A stretch of 63,695 bases of DNA, the filler included, from Octopus bimaculoides (taxonomy: Eukaryota): NCBI RefSeq assembly GCF_001194135.2. It is 7 parts of 7 records of this genome, joined end to end, with 100 filler letters (N's around TTAATTAATTAA, not from the genome) between each part and the next. Parts side by side here need not be neighbours in the genome. Positions count along the whole stretch, not along the records: positions 24,461 to 29,459 come from NC_068983.1; positions 29,560 to 46,084 come from NC_068990.1; 5 more parts are not named here. One strand, written 5' to 3'. Position numbers and translations under genes: made by a program. Below, piece by piece: positions 26,144 through 38,565 of the stretch; position 1 is the first letter of the stretch, and each line of letters opens with the position of its first letter. The notes beneath the pieces were generated by a model. The model did not search any database. It was given only the letters and a program-made list of their open reading frames with translations, and had not been told where the DNA came from.

Positions 26144-27337
26144 CAGAAGTAAATAGACACCACATAAAACATCGTTTTATGTTTATTCTAACTTGTAATG
26201 GTTTTTATTAATTGACATTTTTAAGTTTCAGGTTCTATATGTGACTGTTTAATAATGCCATGTACAAAAGAAGCCTCGGAACTGTCTGAATTTCAAAGAG
26301 GCCGTATTGTGGTTCATTCTGAAGGTGGACATAGCGTAAAACTGCATAAGACCTTGGGACCCTGCTTTCTATGGTTATAGAGTGATTGTGCAATTCACCA
26401 GAGAAGGGAAGGAGTCCACATCACCCCGCCCAGATCAACCAAGATTCTCTGACAGGACCCTTCTCTTTATTAATAGAAGTATGGAAGATAATCTTCGTTG
26501 CAAGGCCTCTGATATAGCAGGACAATTTGATATCAGGTGTCTCCACAAACTTGGTTACTATGTCAGAGCAGCAAGACGGAAGCCACTTCTTCGACCGGTC
26601 AACATCGAGCGAAGAAAAGATCCGGCCAGTGAGATGGTGTAGAGGCCACTGACATTTTGGGACACTGTCATATTCTCTAATGAGTCCAGATTTGCTGCAT
26701 TTTCGGACAGTGATCGAGTGTGGGTCTGGAGAATGTGATCAAGAATTTGATGTGAAAAGATTGCATCCAACAATGAAACACGGTAGCTATTCCGTGAGGG
26801 TCTGGGGAGCAATTTAGAGCAATGGTTGATCAGAGCTGGTGGAGTGTAAGGGAATCATAAACTCAGATAAATACATGTCCATATTGCAGAAAGGACTCCT
26901 TCCAATTTTCTCCAGTGGTGAAATTATTAAAGATGACTTTTTATTTATGGAAGACGGGGCTCCTCCTCACAGGGCTAAAATGACCCAAAATTTGTTGGGT
27001 GAGAATGACATAAAAAAAACTTCCATGGCCAAGCCACTCACCAGATATAAACCCTATTGAACACCTCTTGGACATAATGAACAGAGCATTTCATAAAAAG
27101 AACAAGAAAGCATTTTCAAAGTCAGATCTTTTGAGATGAAACTTCGCAAGAAATTCCGCAAGAGAATATTCGTCATCTGATCAGTAACATGACTAATAGG
27201 GTCCTTGTATTGAAAAATGCAAAGGGCATGTCTACTAAATATTAAATATTCACATTATAACAATTAATAAATAATTTGAATGTATAATTTCAGATTTAAA
27301 TAAATTTCAATGATTGTAAGGGTGTCTATTTCTGCTG
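26141..27337 (+). mobile_element. Tc1-family DNA transposon fossil, pseudogenised DD34E-type transposase
   Basis: Frame fragments LSEFQRGRIV, AARRKPLL, FWDTVIFSNESRF, VWGAI, FMEDGAPPH, WPSHSPDINPIE. Short decayed TIRs (cagaagtaaatagacacc / ggtgtctatttctgctg). Confidence 0.9.
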
Positions 27338-27854
27338 CGCGCGCGCATGTGTGTGTGTATGTATGACTCTGTATGTATGTATGTGTGTGTGTGTGTGTGG
27401 TGTGTGAAGAGAGAGAGAGAAAGAGAGATTAAACGACCAGGAACTACGTAATCGTTTCCATTGGTTAACCGCTGTTTCTGCTAGGAAAAGCAATGCACTC
27501 GAGCGTGAGTGTCTGCACAACAACCTACATAGCTTTGTCTGAATCATTTCAATTAGGTTCATGCATATTTCAGGAAGTATTACAAGCCGTCTTATGCAAT
27601 CTTTCGTTTTGTGTCCAATAAGAGTGGACAATAACGTAAAAGGAAGGGAAATAGATGAATGAGAACGAAACTCCTAACCGTTAATAATTATTAACAATTA
27701 GGAGTTTCGTTATAATTGACAATGATCGGCTGCAAAATGAAAATGAACTACATCTGCTTCGTGTGTGAGTGGCAAAAAAATATTATAATGTTTTATTTCT
27801 GAGTGAAATTTATTTGAATCTTGTATTTCAGGACGGTAATTTTTTTTTTCTCAC

Positions 27855-28042
27855 TATATATTCGTTCTTCACGCGTTTATTACTGTTCTTATCCTAACTA
27901 ATGTCCATTGTCCGGAAATCTTTCGTCACATATCTGTAACCTCTTCCGTCTCCGTGTGTGCTCTTGCTCCGACGAAGATTTCCGGACAATAGACACGATT
28001 TAGAATAAGAACAGTAATAAACGAGTGAGGAACGAATATATA
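27855..28042. mobile_element. Fold-back MITE, ~75-bp TIRs, TA-flanked
   Basis: tatatattcgttcttcacgcgtttattactgttcttatccta...tgtccggaaatctttcgtc pairs with gacgaagatttccggaca...tagaataagaacagtaataaacgagtgaggaacgaatatata. Confidence 0.85.
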
Positions 28043-28044
28043 CT

Positions 28045-28273
28045 CTTTACTCTCTTTTACTCTTTTACTTGTTTCAGTCATTTGACTGCGGCCATGCTGG
28101 AGCACCGCCTTCAGTCGAGCAAATCGACCCCAGGACTTATTCTTTGGATGCCTAGTACTTATTCTAACAGTCTCTTTTGCAGAACTGCTAAGTTACGGGG
28201 ACCTAAACACACCACCATCGGTTGTCAAGCGATGTTGGGGGTGACAAACACAGACACACAAACATATACACAC

Positions 28274-28340
<67 letters not shown>

Positions 28341-28505
28341 TACGACAGGCTTCTTTCAGTTTCCGTCTACCAAATCCACTCATAAGGCTTTGGTCGGCCC
28401 GAGGCTATAGTAAAAGACACTTACCCAAAGTGCCACGCAGTGGGAATGAACCCGGAACCATGTGGTTGGTAAGCAAGCTACTTACCACACAGCCACTCCT
28501 GCTCC
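28045..28505 (-). mobile_element. SINE family A, full length
   Basis: Complete head, CORE-like domain, (TA)n and tail. Confidence 0.88.
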
Positions 28506-28749
28506 TATGCAAAGAAAGAAGAAAAAAATGAAGAAAATGACCGTCCCGAAGTACAACAATATCTGTTTCAACACACGATTTCACATCAGGAATCTTGCAA
28601 CACAAATCCATTTCGTTGAATCATTTGTCAAACTGCTTCAGCTAATATGAAATAATTTCGTTGGACTACAACGCCTGAAGCTCTAATGACTGACACGAAT
28701 GGTAGGTTTGTGAAGATAGGTGCTAAGTCAGTTTGTTCTTTTATTCCTT

Positions 28750-28985
28750 CATTCTTTCACTTGTTTCAGTCATTTGACTGCGGCCATGCTGGAGCACCGC
28801 CTTTAGTCGGACGAATCGACTCCAGGACCTATTCTTTGTAAGCCTAGTACTTATTCTATCCGGCTCGTCTGCCGAACCGCTTAGTTACGGGTACCTAAAC
28901 ACACCAACATCGGTTGTCAAGCGATGAGTGGGTGGGGTGACAAACACAGGCACACAAATATATACATACATAGAAACACAGGCAC
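28750..28985 (-). mobile_element. SINE family A, 3' half
   Basis: tttcagtcatttgactgcggccatgctggagcaccgcc... Confidence 0.85.
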
Positions 28986-29055
28986 ACACATACATACATA
29001 CATACATACATACATACATACATACATACATACATACATAATCATGCCAAAGTAC

Positions 29056-29311
29056 TATTGGGTTGGTGCATAATTACCGCAGCTTTTTTTCAACAAATTT
29101 TATTCAACAAAAACAATAACAATATTTAACAAAATCATCTTTAAATGGCGGTCTGACCGTCTGCCAAGCAAATGGGAAGCAGGTATTGAAGCAGATAGTG
29201 AATATGCTCCAGAATAATCATTTAAAGATGTTTTTGTTAAATGTTGTTATTGTTTTTGTTGAATAAAATGTATTGAAAAAAAAGCCGCAATAATTATGCA
29301 CCAACCTAATA
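29056..29311. mobile_element. Mariner-derived MITE with ~90-bp inverted arms and TA target duplication
   Basis: TA|TTGGGTTGGTGCATAATT ... AATTATGCACCAACCTAA|TA. The spacer encodes a mariner C-terminus (LPSKWEAGIEADSEYAPE*). Confidence 0.9.
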
Positions 29312-29907
29312 TAATCCTTTAAGGGATGTTTGCATCCTAGTTCTCCGGTTTATGCCAGTGTTCAGTGGAAACTAAATACTTTAGTTTTGCCTTGGTGTAT
29401 ATTGGTATTAAAATATTAATGAATGAGAAAGAAGAAGAAACTGGAGAAATTGACGTATANNNNNNNNNNNNNNNNNNNNNNNNNNNNNNNNNNNNNNNNN
29501 NNNTTAATTAATTAANNNNNNNNNNNNNNNNNNNNNNNNNNNNNNNNNNNNNNNNNNNNATAAGGAAAAAGAGAAACTTATTGTTTGGAGAGTTGTGGGG
29601 GGGGGGAGTTGAAGTAATTGGGGGATGGGTGTTTAGAACGCGTTGGGGCGCTTGTTGTGGGGGATATCAGAAGGTGACTGAATAAAAATGGTTAAGGATC
29701 CTCAGCAAACTGGGTCCGCAATGAAAGTTTATTTTTGTTGCTTAACACTAGGTCAACCTCGACCGAGCTGACTAGTCAACGAAAGTACTTCAGTCGGGAC
29801 CTCATTTCAGCTTCAATCATCGTCACTCCATCTCATTCAAAGCTTTGTTCTCCTCAAAACTTCAATATTCCTCTCCTTCACACCTGAGATTTATGACTGA
29901 AGGCAGC

Positions 29908-30062
29908 CGTCTTCTTCTTCTTCTTCTTCTTCTTCTTCTTCTTCTTCTTCTTCTTCTTCTTCTTCTTCTTCTTCTTCTTCTTCTTCTTCTTCTTCTTCTT
30001 CTTCTTCTTCTTCTTCTTCTTCTTCTTCTTCTTCTTCTTCTTCTTCTTCTTCTTCTTCTTCT
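29908..30062. repeat. (CTT)n microsatellite, about 50 units
   Basis: Seen directly; explains the poly-L/K/E ORFs. Confidence 0.98.
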
Positions 30063-30911
30063 TTATTTCTGATGTTGGCACAAAGCGGAACATGTATAGA
30101 AAATGTTGGCACTGTTATATTTGAGTTAAAACTTCCGCCCTCACCCCAGTAAATTACTGCTACTGACTTTTGACAATCCAGTAAAAATAGACGGAACGGC
30201 AAAGATAAGCCAAAATGTCGGCGGCGCTGAAATGCCTGAACCCATTTTCCGGAAATGTAGAAGACTTTTTAAAAAGCTGAAACTTATTCAAGGGAGATAA
30301 CTCTTGAACTTTTATTTACATTGGAAAGCTCTTCATTTCTGAAGGAACGAAGTCAGAAATTTACAGTGAACGGTGCAAATACACCACCGCCACCACCACC
30401 AACAACAACACCAACAACAGCAGTAATGACAAGCAATTCAGTTGGTTACGTCTGTCACTTTACCTCATCCATTGCTCTAGAGCTGCATTCAATGCGGTCG
30501 CTCAACCTGCTAGAAATAGTGGCCGTATCTCTCTTAAATCTAACCTCCATTGACTTTAAGAAAAGCACGCTGCAAATCACGTGATTCTGGGTTGCTAGCG
30601 TAGAGGGAAAAGTCTCGTGGGAAAGCCTTTTGTCACATTTCATAAACAGTTGTATAACCGTAGCTGTGAAACCTTTGTAGTTCAATGTCCCTTTTACAGA
30701 ACAGTATTTTCCAAACGTCTTCTATAAACGCTTGGCAATGAAGAAACGAGTGAATAAAGAAATACCCTAACAATAAAGAAACTAATTTCTCCAAGTGTTT
30801 TATTATCCTTACAGGAATCCTTCGATTATCGCGGGTGTTACGTTGCAAAACATGCCGCGATATGTGAAAATCAGCGAAGTAGAAACAGTACTGTATTCTA
30901 TATTTTTTTCT

Positions 30912-31281
30912 AATTACCTCCGCCTTAGCGAAGGCAAAAGTATTGTTTTCAGTCGTGTTTGTTTGTCCGTGGACAAGATATCTCAAGAACCGCTAAATGG
31001 ATTCAGAAGAAACTTTCAGGGATGTTTGGCCTCGTGACTGGCAGGAACTGATTAGATTTGGGGATCGATCCGGTACCGGACAAGGATTCTGGATTATTTT
31101 TCTTGTTTCTTTTTCTACTTGAATTTTGTGAGCGGTCGGGTTCATTTTTAGTATTCTCCTTTGTGAGAGCAGTCGAGTTTATTTCAGATATTCTCATTTT
31201 AAAAATCATCTCCGGCTAATCGTTGAGAGGGCGTTGGTGTTGTCTTGACAGAGGTTTGCGCTCTCTGAGTGCTCTTGTTAT
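30912..31281 (+). mobile_element. Non-autonomous Helentron (HINE / DINE-1-like) element
   Basis: 5' TTACCTCCGCC, decayed 3' sub-terminal inverse GACAGAGG, terminal hairpin GCGCTC-TCT-GAGTGC, internal gtttgtttgtcc and palindrome TCCGGTACCGGA. Confidence 0.65.
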
Positions 31282-31754
31282 TTTATAATTTGTATATATT
31301 TATTATATTATAAATGCAAAACAATACCACAGAGGAATCGACGTAAGCTTAAATAATAAACCGATATAATTATCATTGTCGCTAAGTCCAAGTAGGGCTC
31401 TGATCAAAGGGTCTCCTACCGTGACAACCCCGTATTTTTAGGGACACTCAAGGACTACATAAACCAATGTATTATTACGATATTTAAGTAAGGTTTGATC
31501 CCAGGGCGTGTGTATCGTGTTCTCTAAATACATGCATACAACAGCGCTGTTTACGTTTGTTTTCCTCTTAAATAACCAGTAAATATTTACAATGGAAAAA
31601 ATTGTTATTTTATTGTCAGAAATATTTCTGAAGTGACATTTATTTCTTAATACCAACAAGGAAGTCACAACTAATAAATAACCATAAAACTCTTCGTATA
31701 TGTATGTGTTTGTGTGCACGTATACGTATGCATGTATGTGTGCACAGATATATG

Positions 31755-31795
<41 letters not shown>

Positions 31796-32081
31796 TATAT
31801 ACACACATACACATACACATACACACACATACATACGTACATACACACAAACACACATATATATATATATGTATATGTGTAATGTTTTTGTTTTAAAAAA
31901 AGTTACGTGGAAAAAAAAAATAGTTCATGTTCTGAATGTGAATGCGTGTGTATGTAATTGTGTGTGTGAATGAGAGCGCGTGTGTGTGTGTTTGTGTGTG
32001 AGAGTAGAAGTCAGTCTGTAATACAGCTGTGTGTATATATATGTGTGTATATGCTTCGCGGACGAAAGGACCACGATAATA

Positions 32082-32127
<46 letters not shown>

Positions 32128-32409
32128 ATCAATATATATATGTGTGTGAATGTGTTTGTGTGTGAGTGTTTGCGTGCGTGCGCATGTACAGTACATGTGT
32201 GTATGTGTATATGAATATTTCTNNNNNNNNNNNNNNNNNNNNNNNNNNNNNNNNNNNNNNNNNNNNNNNNNNNNNNNNNNNNNNNNNNNNNNNNNNNNNN
32301 NNNNNNNNNNNNNNNNNNNNNNNNNNNNNNNNNNNNNNNNNNNNNNNNNNNNNNNNNNNNNNNNNNNNNNNNNNNNNNNNNNNNNNNTATATATATATAT
32401 ATTTATATT

Positions 32410-33100
32410 AACCACTCCGTCAGCAAAGTAGAGCACCAATCTGCAAATTTCAATACCTTTCAAAATGCAATTCGTTGGTATTCCATTTTCGATGAAAAAA
32501 TTATACCAAAACTAAACTAGAAAACCTACCTTAAAGATTTACTGTAGAAAACCGAAAGCTTCTTAAAAAGAGTAAGATCAATGTTTACTTCTGTGCGAAA
32601 ATACAACAGACAAACCCTTTAAAGAAATGAATTACGGCCTGGAAACAACTATCGTACCCTGTAGAAATGTTCTTATCCAGCCATTTGAAAAAGATTTTCT
32701 CATCATGGAAAAAAGAAAAAAACAAACTAAAAATCTCCAAACTGTATAAACAATTGCCAAGATGACTTACAGGGAAAAATCAACACATTAAAGAATATCA
32801 ACAACAACCTCTTCGTGGTATCGGATAAAATTAAGAATATATATGATGTAGAGCAAACTTACTTAGCACAATTTATGTGTAATGCCTTATCAAGTACTTA
32901 TAAAAAACAAACTACGCTACACTGGACGAAATTAATACCTTTGCCTGAAGCAAAGCTGCTAAAATATGTACTGAAGTAAGTTCCGATATACTAAACCAGC
33001 AAGAGACATACGTCAGTCTAAAAGACCACAAGCAAACTTCCTAGCACTTTCCAACTGTAAGATCGATAAATACGTTGAAAACTAACATAGGCATCGTATT
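32410..33100 (+). mobile_element. Penelope-like element fragment, region N-terminal to RT
   Basis: Frameshifted QETYVSLKDHK..F....PTVRSINTLKTNIG, homologous to the motif at 57970-58060. Confidence 0.7.
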
Positions 33101-33287
33101 TGTATGAATTAGCCAGCCTAGATTGGCACTTGCAGCTATATTGTATATATATATATATGTACGCATATCTTATTAGAACAGTTTGATTTGGCTCTATGCG
33201 ACTTAAAGCTTCGTAGGCTCGTGATAGGAACCTAGTTAGTCGGAAGCTAGGTTCCTGTGATGAGTGATAAATATATACATATCTATT

Positions 33288-33510
33288 AGGGCGGCTAGCT
33301 GGCAGAATCGTTAGCACGCCGGGCTAAATGCTTAGCGGTATTTCGTCTGTCTTTACGTTCTGAGTTCAAATTCCACCGAGGTCAACTTTGCCTTTCATCC
33401 TTTCGGGGTCGATAAAATAAGTACCAGTTGCGTACTGGGGTCGATCTAATCGACTGCCCCACTACCCCAAAATTTCGTGGGTAGTGTGCCTAGCGTAGAA
33501 AAGAATATAT
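33288..33510 (+). mobile_element. SINE family B, young copy
   Basis: ggcggctagctggcagaatcgttagcacgccgggc...gagttcaaattcc...ggggtcgataaaataagtacc. Confidence 0.88.
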
Positions 33511-35009
33511 CCTTACTTTGTTCTTTGATACGGCAGGGTATGTTTTGAAGGTGTTTGATTCTAATTTCTAACAGGAGAATCAGTCGGGTAGATCCGCCAT
33601 TCTTTGGTCACGTTCAGGATGGGAGACCAAGATCAGTAAACGTACATTTTGACAGCTTAACGAAAGAAAAACACTGAGTTGGCAATAAAGAATCGAAAAT
33701 CGAAACCGTACTTCTTTGGCGATAACTGACTGTTAAGAAACTTACCCACATTGCTGTGCGGTCTGCCCCGACGGTTCTACGATTGTGATATACTGAGCGG
33801 AAATGCCATTAAGTTTAGTAGAGACCTTGGAGTGGGTGAAAACGCCCAAACGCTATGTACTTTTAATGTGAATATAAGTAGGTGGGTTGTACAGGAATTT
33901 ATATTTGTTTTACACTTCAACTGGGTAACATTTATTTTCATTTCATCTTTTATTATCTTTATTTCACTCGTTTCTCCTTCACTGTTTATTTCTTTTAGAA
34001 AGTTTAATATTTATTTTATATAAATATACACATATATTTCAAGAATTATATACGCATATACACACGTTTTCTGTGTGTTTATTTGTTTACGTATGTGTGT
34101 ATGTATGCTTATATATGTACCTATGTATTCACATATATATATATATATATATANNNNNNNNNNNNNNNNNNNNNNNNNNNNNNNNNNNNNNNNNNNNNNN
34201 NNNNNNNNNNNNNNNNNNNNNNNNNNNNNNNNNNNNNNNNNNNNNNNNNNNNNNNNNNNNNNNNNNNNNNNNNNNNNNNNNNNNNNNNNNNNNNNNNNNN
34301 NNNNNNNNNNNNNNNNNNNNNNNNNNNNNNNNNNNNNNNNNNNNNNNNNNNNNNNNNNNNNNNNNNNNNNNNNNNNNNNNNNNNNNNNNNNNNNNNNNNN
34401 NNNNNNNNNNNNNNNNNNNNNNNNNNNNNNNNNNNNNNNNNNNNNNNNNNNNNNNNNNNNNNNNNNNNNNNNNNNNNNNNNNNNNNNNNNNNNNNNNNNN
34501 NNNNNNNNNNNNNNNNNNNNNNNNNNNNNNNNNNNNNNNNNNNNNNNNNNNNNNNNNNNNNNNNNNNNNNNNNNNNNNNNNNNNNNNNNNNNNNNNNNNN
34601 NNNNNNNNNNNNNNNNNNNNNNNNNNNNNNNNNNNNNNNNNNNNNNNNNNNNNNNNNNNNNNNNNNNNNNNNNNNNNNNNNNNNNNNNNNNNNNNNNNNN
34701 NNNNNNNNNNNNNNNNNNNNNNNNNNNNNNNNNNNNNNNNNNNNNNNNNNNNNNNNNNNNNNNNNNNNNNNNNNNNNNNNNNNNNNNNNNNNNNNNNNNN
34801 NNNNNNNNNNNNNNNNNNNNNNNNNNNNNNNNNNNNNNNNNNNNNNNNNNNNNNNNNNNGTTATTTTTTCTTCATTTTTGCCTATGTGAGTTACAAGCGT
34901 TACAAGTATTGCCATCTGTGGAGACATATTGTAGTAGAAGAATTAGTACTTTAACTGCTATTTCTAAATTTCGGCATGTGGTGAAGCAACTTTTGCTGAT
35001 CCCTTAATT

Positions 35010-35041
<32 letters not shown>

Positions 35042-35084
35042 ATGTTTGTCAATGTCTGTCTCTCAATCTCTGTCTGCCTGCCTG

Positions 35085-35154
<70 letters not shown>

Positions 35155-35418
35155 CTAGGAAAACAAATGAATGGTTTTAAATTTTGCGAGACTTGTTTCG
35201 CATGGAATCTTTATTAACTTGTAAACAATTCGAATTACAAATTACAAGTTAACAGTGACTGGTCTTCACCACTCCTCATAAACTGATAATGTATTACTTC
35301 ATTGTCTGCTCCGCGTAATTCTGTCTAGCAAACCGGTGGCGTGCTATAAGCTGATAGGCCTTGATTATTTGTGAATCCTATACAGCCAATACGTACATAT
35401 GTATTGGTTACTCAGAGC

Positions 35419-35497
35419 CTGATGATTGCTTGAAGACACATGGCGTGTTATAAAAACCTGCCCAGACACATGACTTCAGAGCAAGAAACTATTAGTA
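35419..35497 (+). ncRNA. Candidate type I hammerhead ribozyme with long stem II and weak stem I
   Basis: CTGATGA, stem II TTGCT-TGAAG / CTTCA-G-AGCAA, GAAAC-TATTA-GTA. Stem I is poorly paired. Confidence 0.45.
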
Positions 35498-35594
35498 TTT
35501 CATATCTTTATACTGCACGCATTATATGATATTTATCTCTTACTGGATGAAATATCCTTTTGTTGATCTTACGTTAACGGAACAGTATACCATA

Positions 35595-35627
<33 letters not shown>

Positions 35628-36149
35628 GCGTACACAGAAATGCATATAATGCATTACAGTTCGTTATTGAAAATAAACTGTAGTTATTGTGCTTCATGCC
35701 TATCTTTCATCTGACAACATGAACAAGTATTTCAGAATATTTAAAATAGATTGATAACAGGGTGGAAATAATATTAGATGCACAACTCATGGTATTAATT
35801 AAGTGTAGTTTCGCTTGGGAGATTGAAGAATTGAAAAATATCAATAATATTGCCGAAGAAAGAGGAGGAAGAAAAAAAGGATAAGAAAGAAAATATTAGT
35901 ATAGGAATATAATTGAAGTTAGAATGAAATTTAATACAAAAGTATTATAAAAATCAATTAGGTTTCCAGAGGACGCGAAATGAGTTCGGTAATGTCAACT
36001 AATAAAACAAACACAGAATCACACAGTGTGTACACGCGTGCACGAACACACACAGATACACGCATGAACGTATTATGGATTTAGGCACATCAAAGCGGGA
36101 TGAAAAACAACCAGTTTATGTAGAAAAATAAAGAATTGAAGAGTGGGTA

Positions 36150-37110
36150 ATTGTGAAATGTATTGTAGTTTTGTCTGGTGGTGACTGAAGTAGATATTTA
36201 TCAAATGAGCTGCATTGTAACAAATTGCAGACGTTGTGTTTAGATAGCAAATTCGTGATTACATTTTTAGTATGAAGTTCTTTACAGCTGTACATAAATC
36301 GCATGTTTTATCCTTGTTTTTTTATATCTTATATCGCTCAAGGATATTCCACTTGATGTTGAAATTAGAAGTATGTTCTTTCAAATGCCAGACATAAATG
36401 GATAATTTCGTTAAATTCCTCTCTTCTGTTTGTTTGAAGAAACAAATATAATTGCAGTAACGTTGTTTAAAGATGCCTTCCGCATTATCTATATAATAGT
36501 GTTTACGTACTTCGTCAAGGTTTAGTTTTTCTAGAGGTGACTTCCACTTCTTATATAACCACTTCAGCATTACGTGAGTATTTAAATGGCCATGCGTTAG
36601 CAATTCTGAATGTACAGGCAACCTCAGCAAATTTAAAAGGTTTATGAGTTGTTTCTTTCTTCATATAAATAGGGAAATTAGTAAATATTGCATTTGCATC
36701 TATGCTTAAGATGAAAATGATAATCAATGAAGGCTACGAAGCCCTTTAGACATTGAATTTCACTTTCAGCAAAAAGGAAATTGTGAACTTGATGCTTGGG
36801 GGTTTCTTCTTTGTACGGAACGGAGGCTGGTTAGGAATGGAAGTAATTTTGTCATTTAATCCACTAGATTTTTGTGCATTATTATAGTAGGGGCCACTTT
36901 GTAGGAGATAAATTCCATAACCTTTAGCTGGTGTTATTCAGTTTTTAAAATCTATAAGTTCGATTTTCTTTATGTTTTGTGTTAAGGGGTTTGTGTAAAT
37001 TTGTTGGTAAATTGTGAGTAACATCTAAGAAATTTCATACGTCAGTCCAGTTATATCAGTTGTTTTCAGGTCGAAATTATCGATACCCTCAGCGTATTGT
37101 TGCAAATTTC
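36150..37110 (-). mobile_element. Penelope-like element fragment, thumb region and GIY-YIG endonuclease, heavily decayed
   Basis: KHYYIDNAEGIFKQRY...TKLSIYVWHLKEHTSNFNIKWNIL parallels the endonuclease at 61660-61950. Confidence 0.75.
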
Positions 37111-37151
37111 TTATTTTGTTGGTAACAAGAAGCGCGCACACACACACACAC

Positions 37152-37207
<56 letters not shown>

Positions 37208-37861
37208 NNNNNNNNNNNNNNNNNNNNNNNNNNNNNNNNNNNNNNNNNNNNNNNNNNNNNNNNNNNNNNNNNNNNNNNNNNNNNNNNNNNNNNNNNNNNN
37301 NNNNNNNNNNNNNNNNNNNNNNNNNNNNNNNNNNNNNNNNNNNNNNNNNNNNNNNNNNNNNNNNNNNNNNNNNNNNNNNNNNNNNNNNNNNNNNNNNNNN
37401 NNNNNNNNNNNNNNNNNNNNNNNNNNNNNNNNNNNNNNNNNNNNNNNNNNNNNNNNNNNNNNNNNNNNNNNNNNNNNNNNNNNNNNNNNNNNNNNNNNNN
37501 NNNNNNNNNNNNNNNNNNNNNNNNNNNNNNNNNNNNNNNNNNNNNNNNNNNNNNNNNNNNNNNNNNNNNNNNNNNNNNNNNNNNNNNNNNNNNNNNNNNN
37601 NNNNNNNNNNNNNNNNNNNNNNNNNNNNNNNNNNNNNNNNNNNNNNNNNNNNNNNNNNNNNNNNNNNNNNNNNNNNNNNNNNNNNNNNNNNNNNNNNNNN
37701 NNNNNNNNNNNNNNNNNNNNNNNNNNNNNNNNNNNNNNNNNNNNNNNNNNNNNNNNNNNNNNNNNNNNNNNNNNNNNNNNNNNNNNNNNNNNNNNNNNNN
37801 NNNNNNNNNNNNNNNNNNNNNNNNNNNNNNNNNNNNNNNNNNNNNNNNNNNNNNNNNNNNN

Positions 37862-38150
37862 GTAAGGACAGACGAAATACCGCTAAGCATTTCGCCCGGC
37901 GTGCTAACGTTTCTGCCAGCTCGCCGCCTTGAACAGTGAACAATATTATTTTCTACTCTAGGCACAAGGCCCAAAATTTTGGGGGAGGGGGCCAGATGAT
38001 TAAATCGACCCCAGTACCAATTGAGCAAGAAAATAATCTCATGATATTTCAGTCCTAAATTTAGTCTGTTCTTACGTTCTGAGTTCAAATTCCGCCGTGG
38101 TCGACTTTGCCTTTCATCCTTTCGGGGTCGATAAATTAAGTACCAGTTGT
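37862..38150. mobile_element. SINE family B fragments in both orientations
   Basis: Minus head at 37862-37930, tail motif ggcacaaggccc, plus-strand core at 38070-38147. Confidence 0.8.
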
Positions 38151-38274
38151 TTACATACGCACACACACAGATGCTTATATAAGTACATAAATACATGCAT
38201 ACATGCATGTAGGCATCCACACATATGTTTACATACACATACATGTACTCACATTATACGTATGACATATATGT

Positions 38275-38400
38275 GAGTGCATGTTTGTGTTTGTGTGTGT
38301 ATGCCTGTGTTTGTGTGTGTATGCCTGTGTTTGTGTGTGTATGGCTGTGTTTGTGTGTGTATGCCTGTGTTTGTGTGTGTATTTGTGTTTGTGTGTGTTC
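38275..38400. repeat. 20-bp minisatellite (tgtgtttgtgtgtgtatgcc), about 5 copies
   Basis: Seen directly. Confidence 0.85.
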
Positions 38401-38517
38401 GAGGTATTTCACAGGAAGAGAATGCAAATTTCGTCTTTGAATGTGTATGTGAAAGTGTAAAGTGAATAAGAGAAAACACGTGTATGTGCGTCTGGATGTG
38501 TTTGTTAGTGTGTGTGA

Positions 38518-38565
<48 letters not shown>

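Noticed and set aside
30455-30890. Possible first exon ATG GAT GAG|gtaaag (minus) and plus-strand ESFDYRGCY exon
   Set aside because: No tetraspanin TM1-3 exons follow, there is no good donor for the plus-strand candidate, and no homology is recognisable.
33740-33900. Strong minus-strand donor (ATGTGG|GTAAGT) as a possible 5' exon
   Set aside because: No supporting acceptor, promoter or coding evidence.
38275-38400. Regularly spaced short repeats as CRISPR-like arrays (also 20630-20750)
   Set aside because: No unique spacers, eukaryotic context and no cas genes; ordinary minisatellites.
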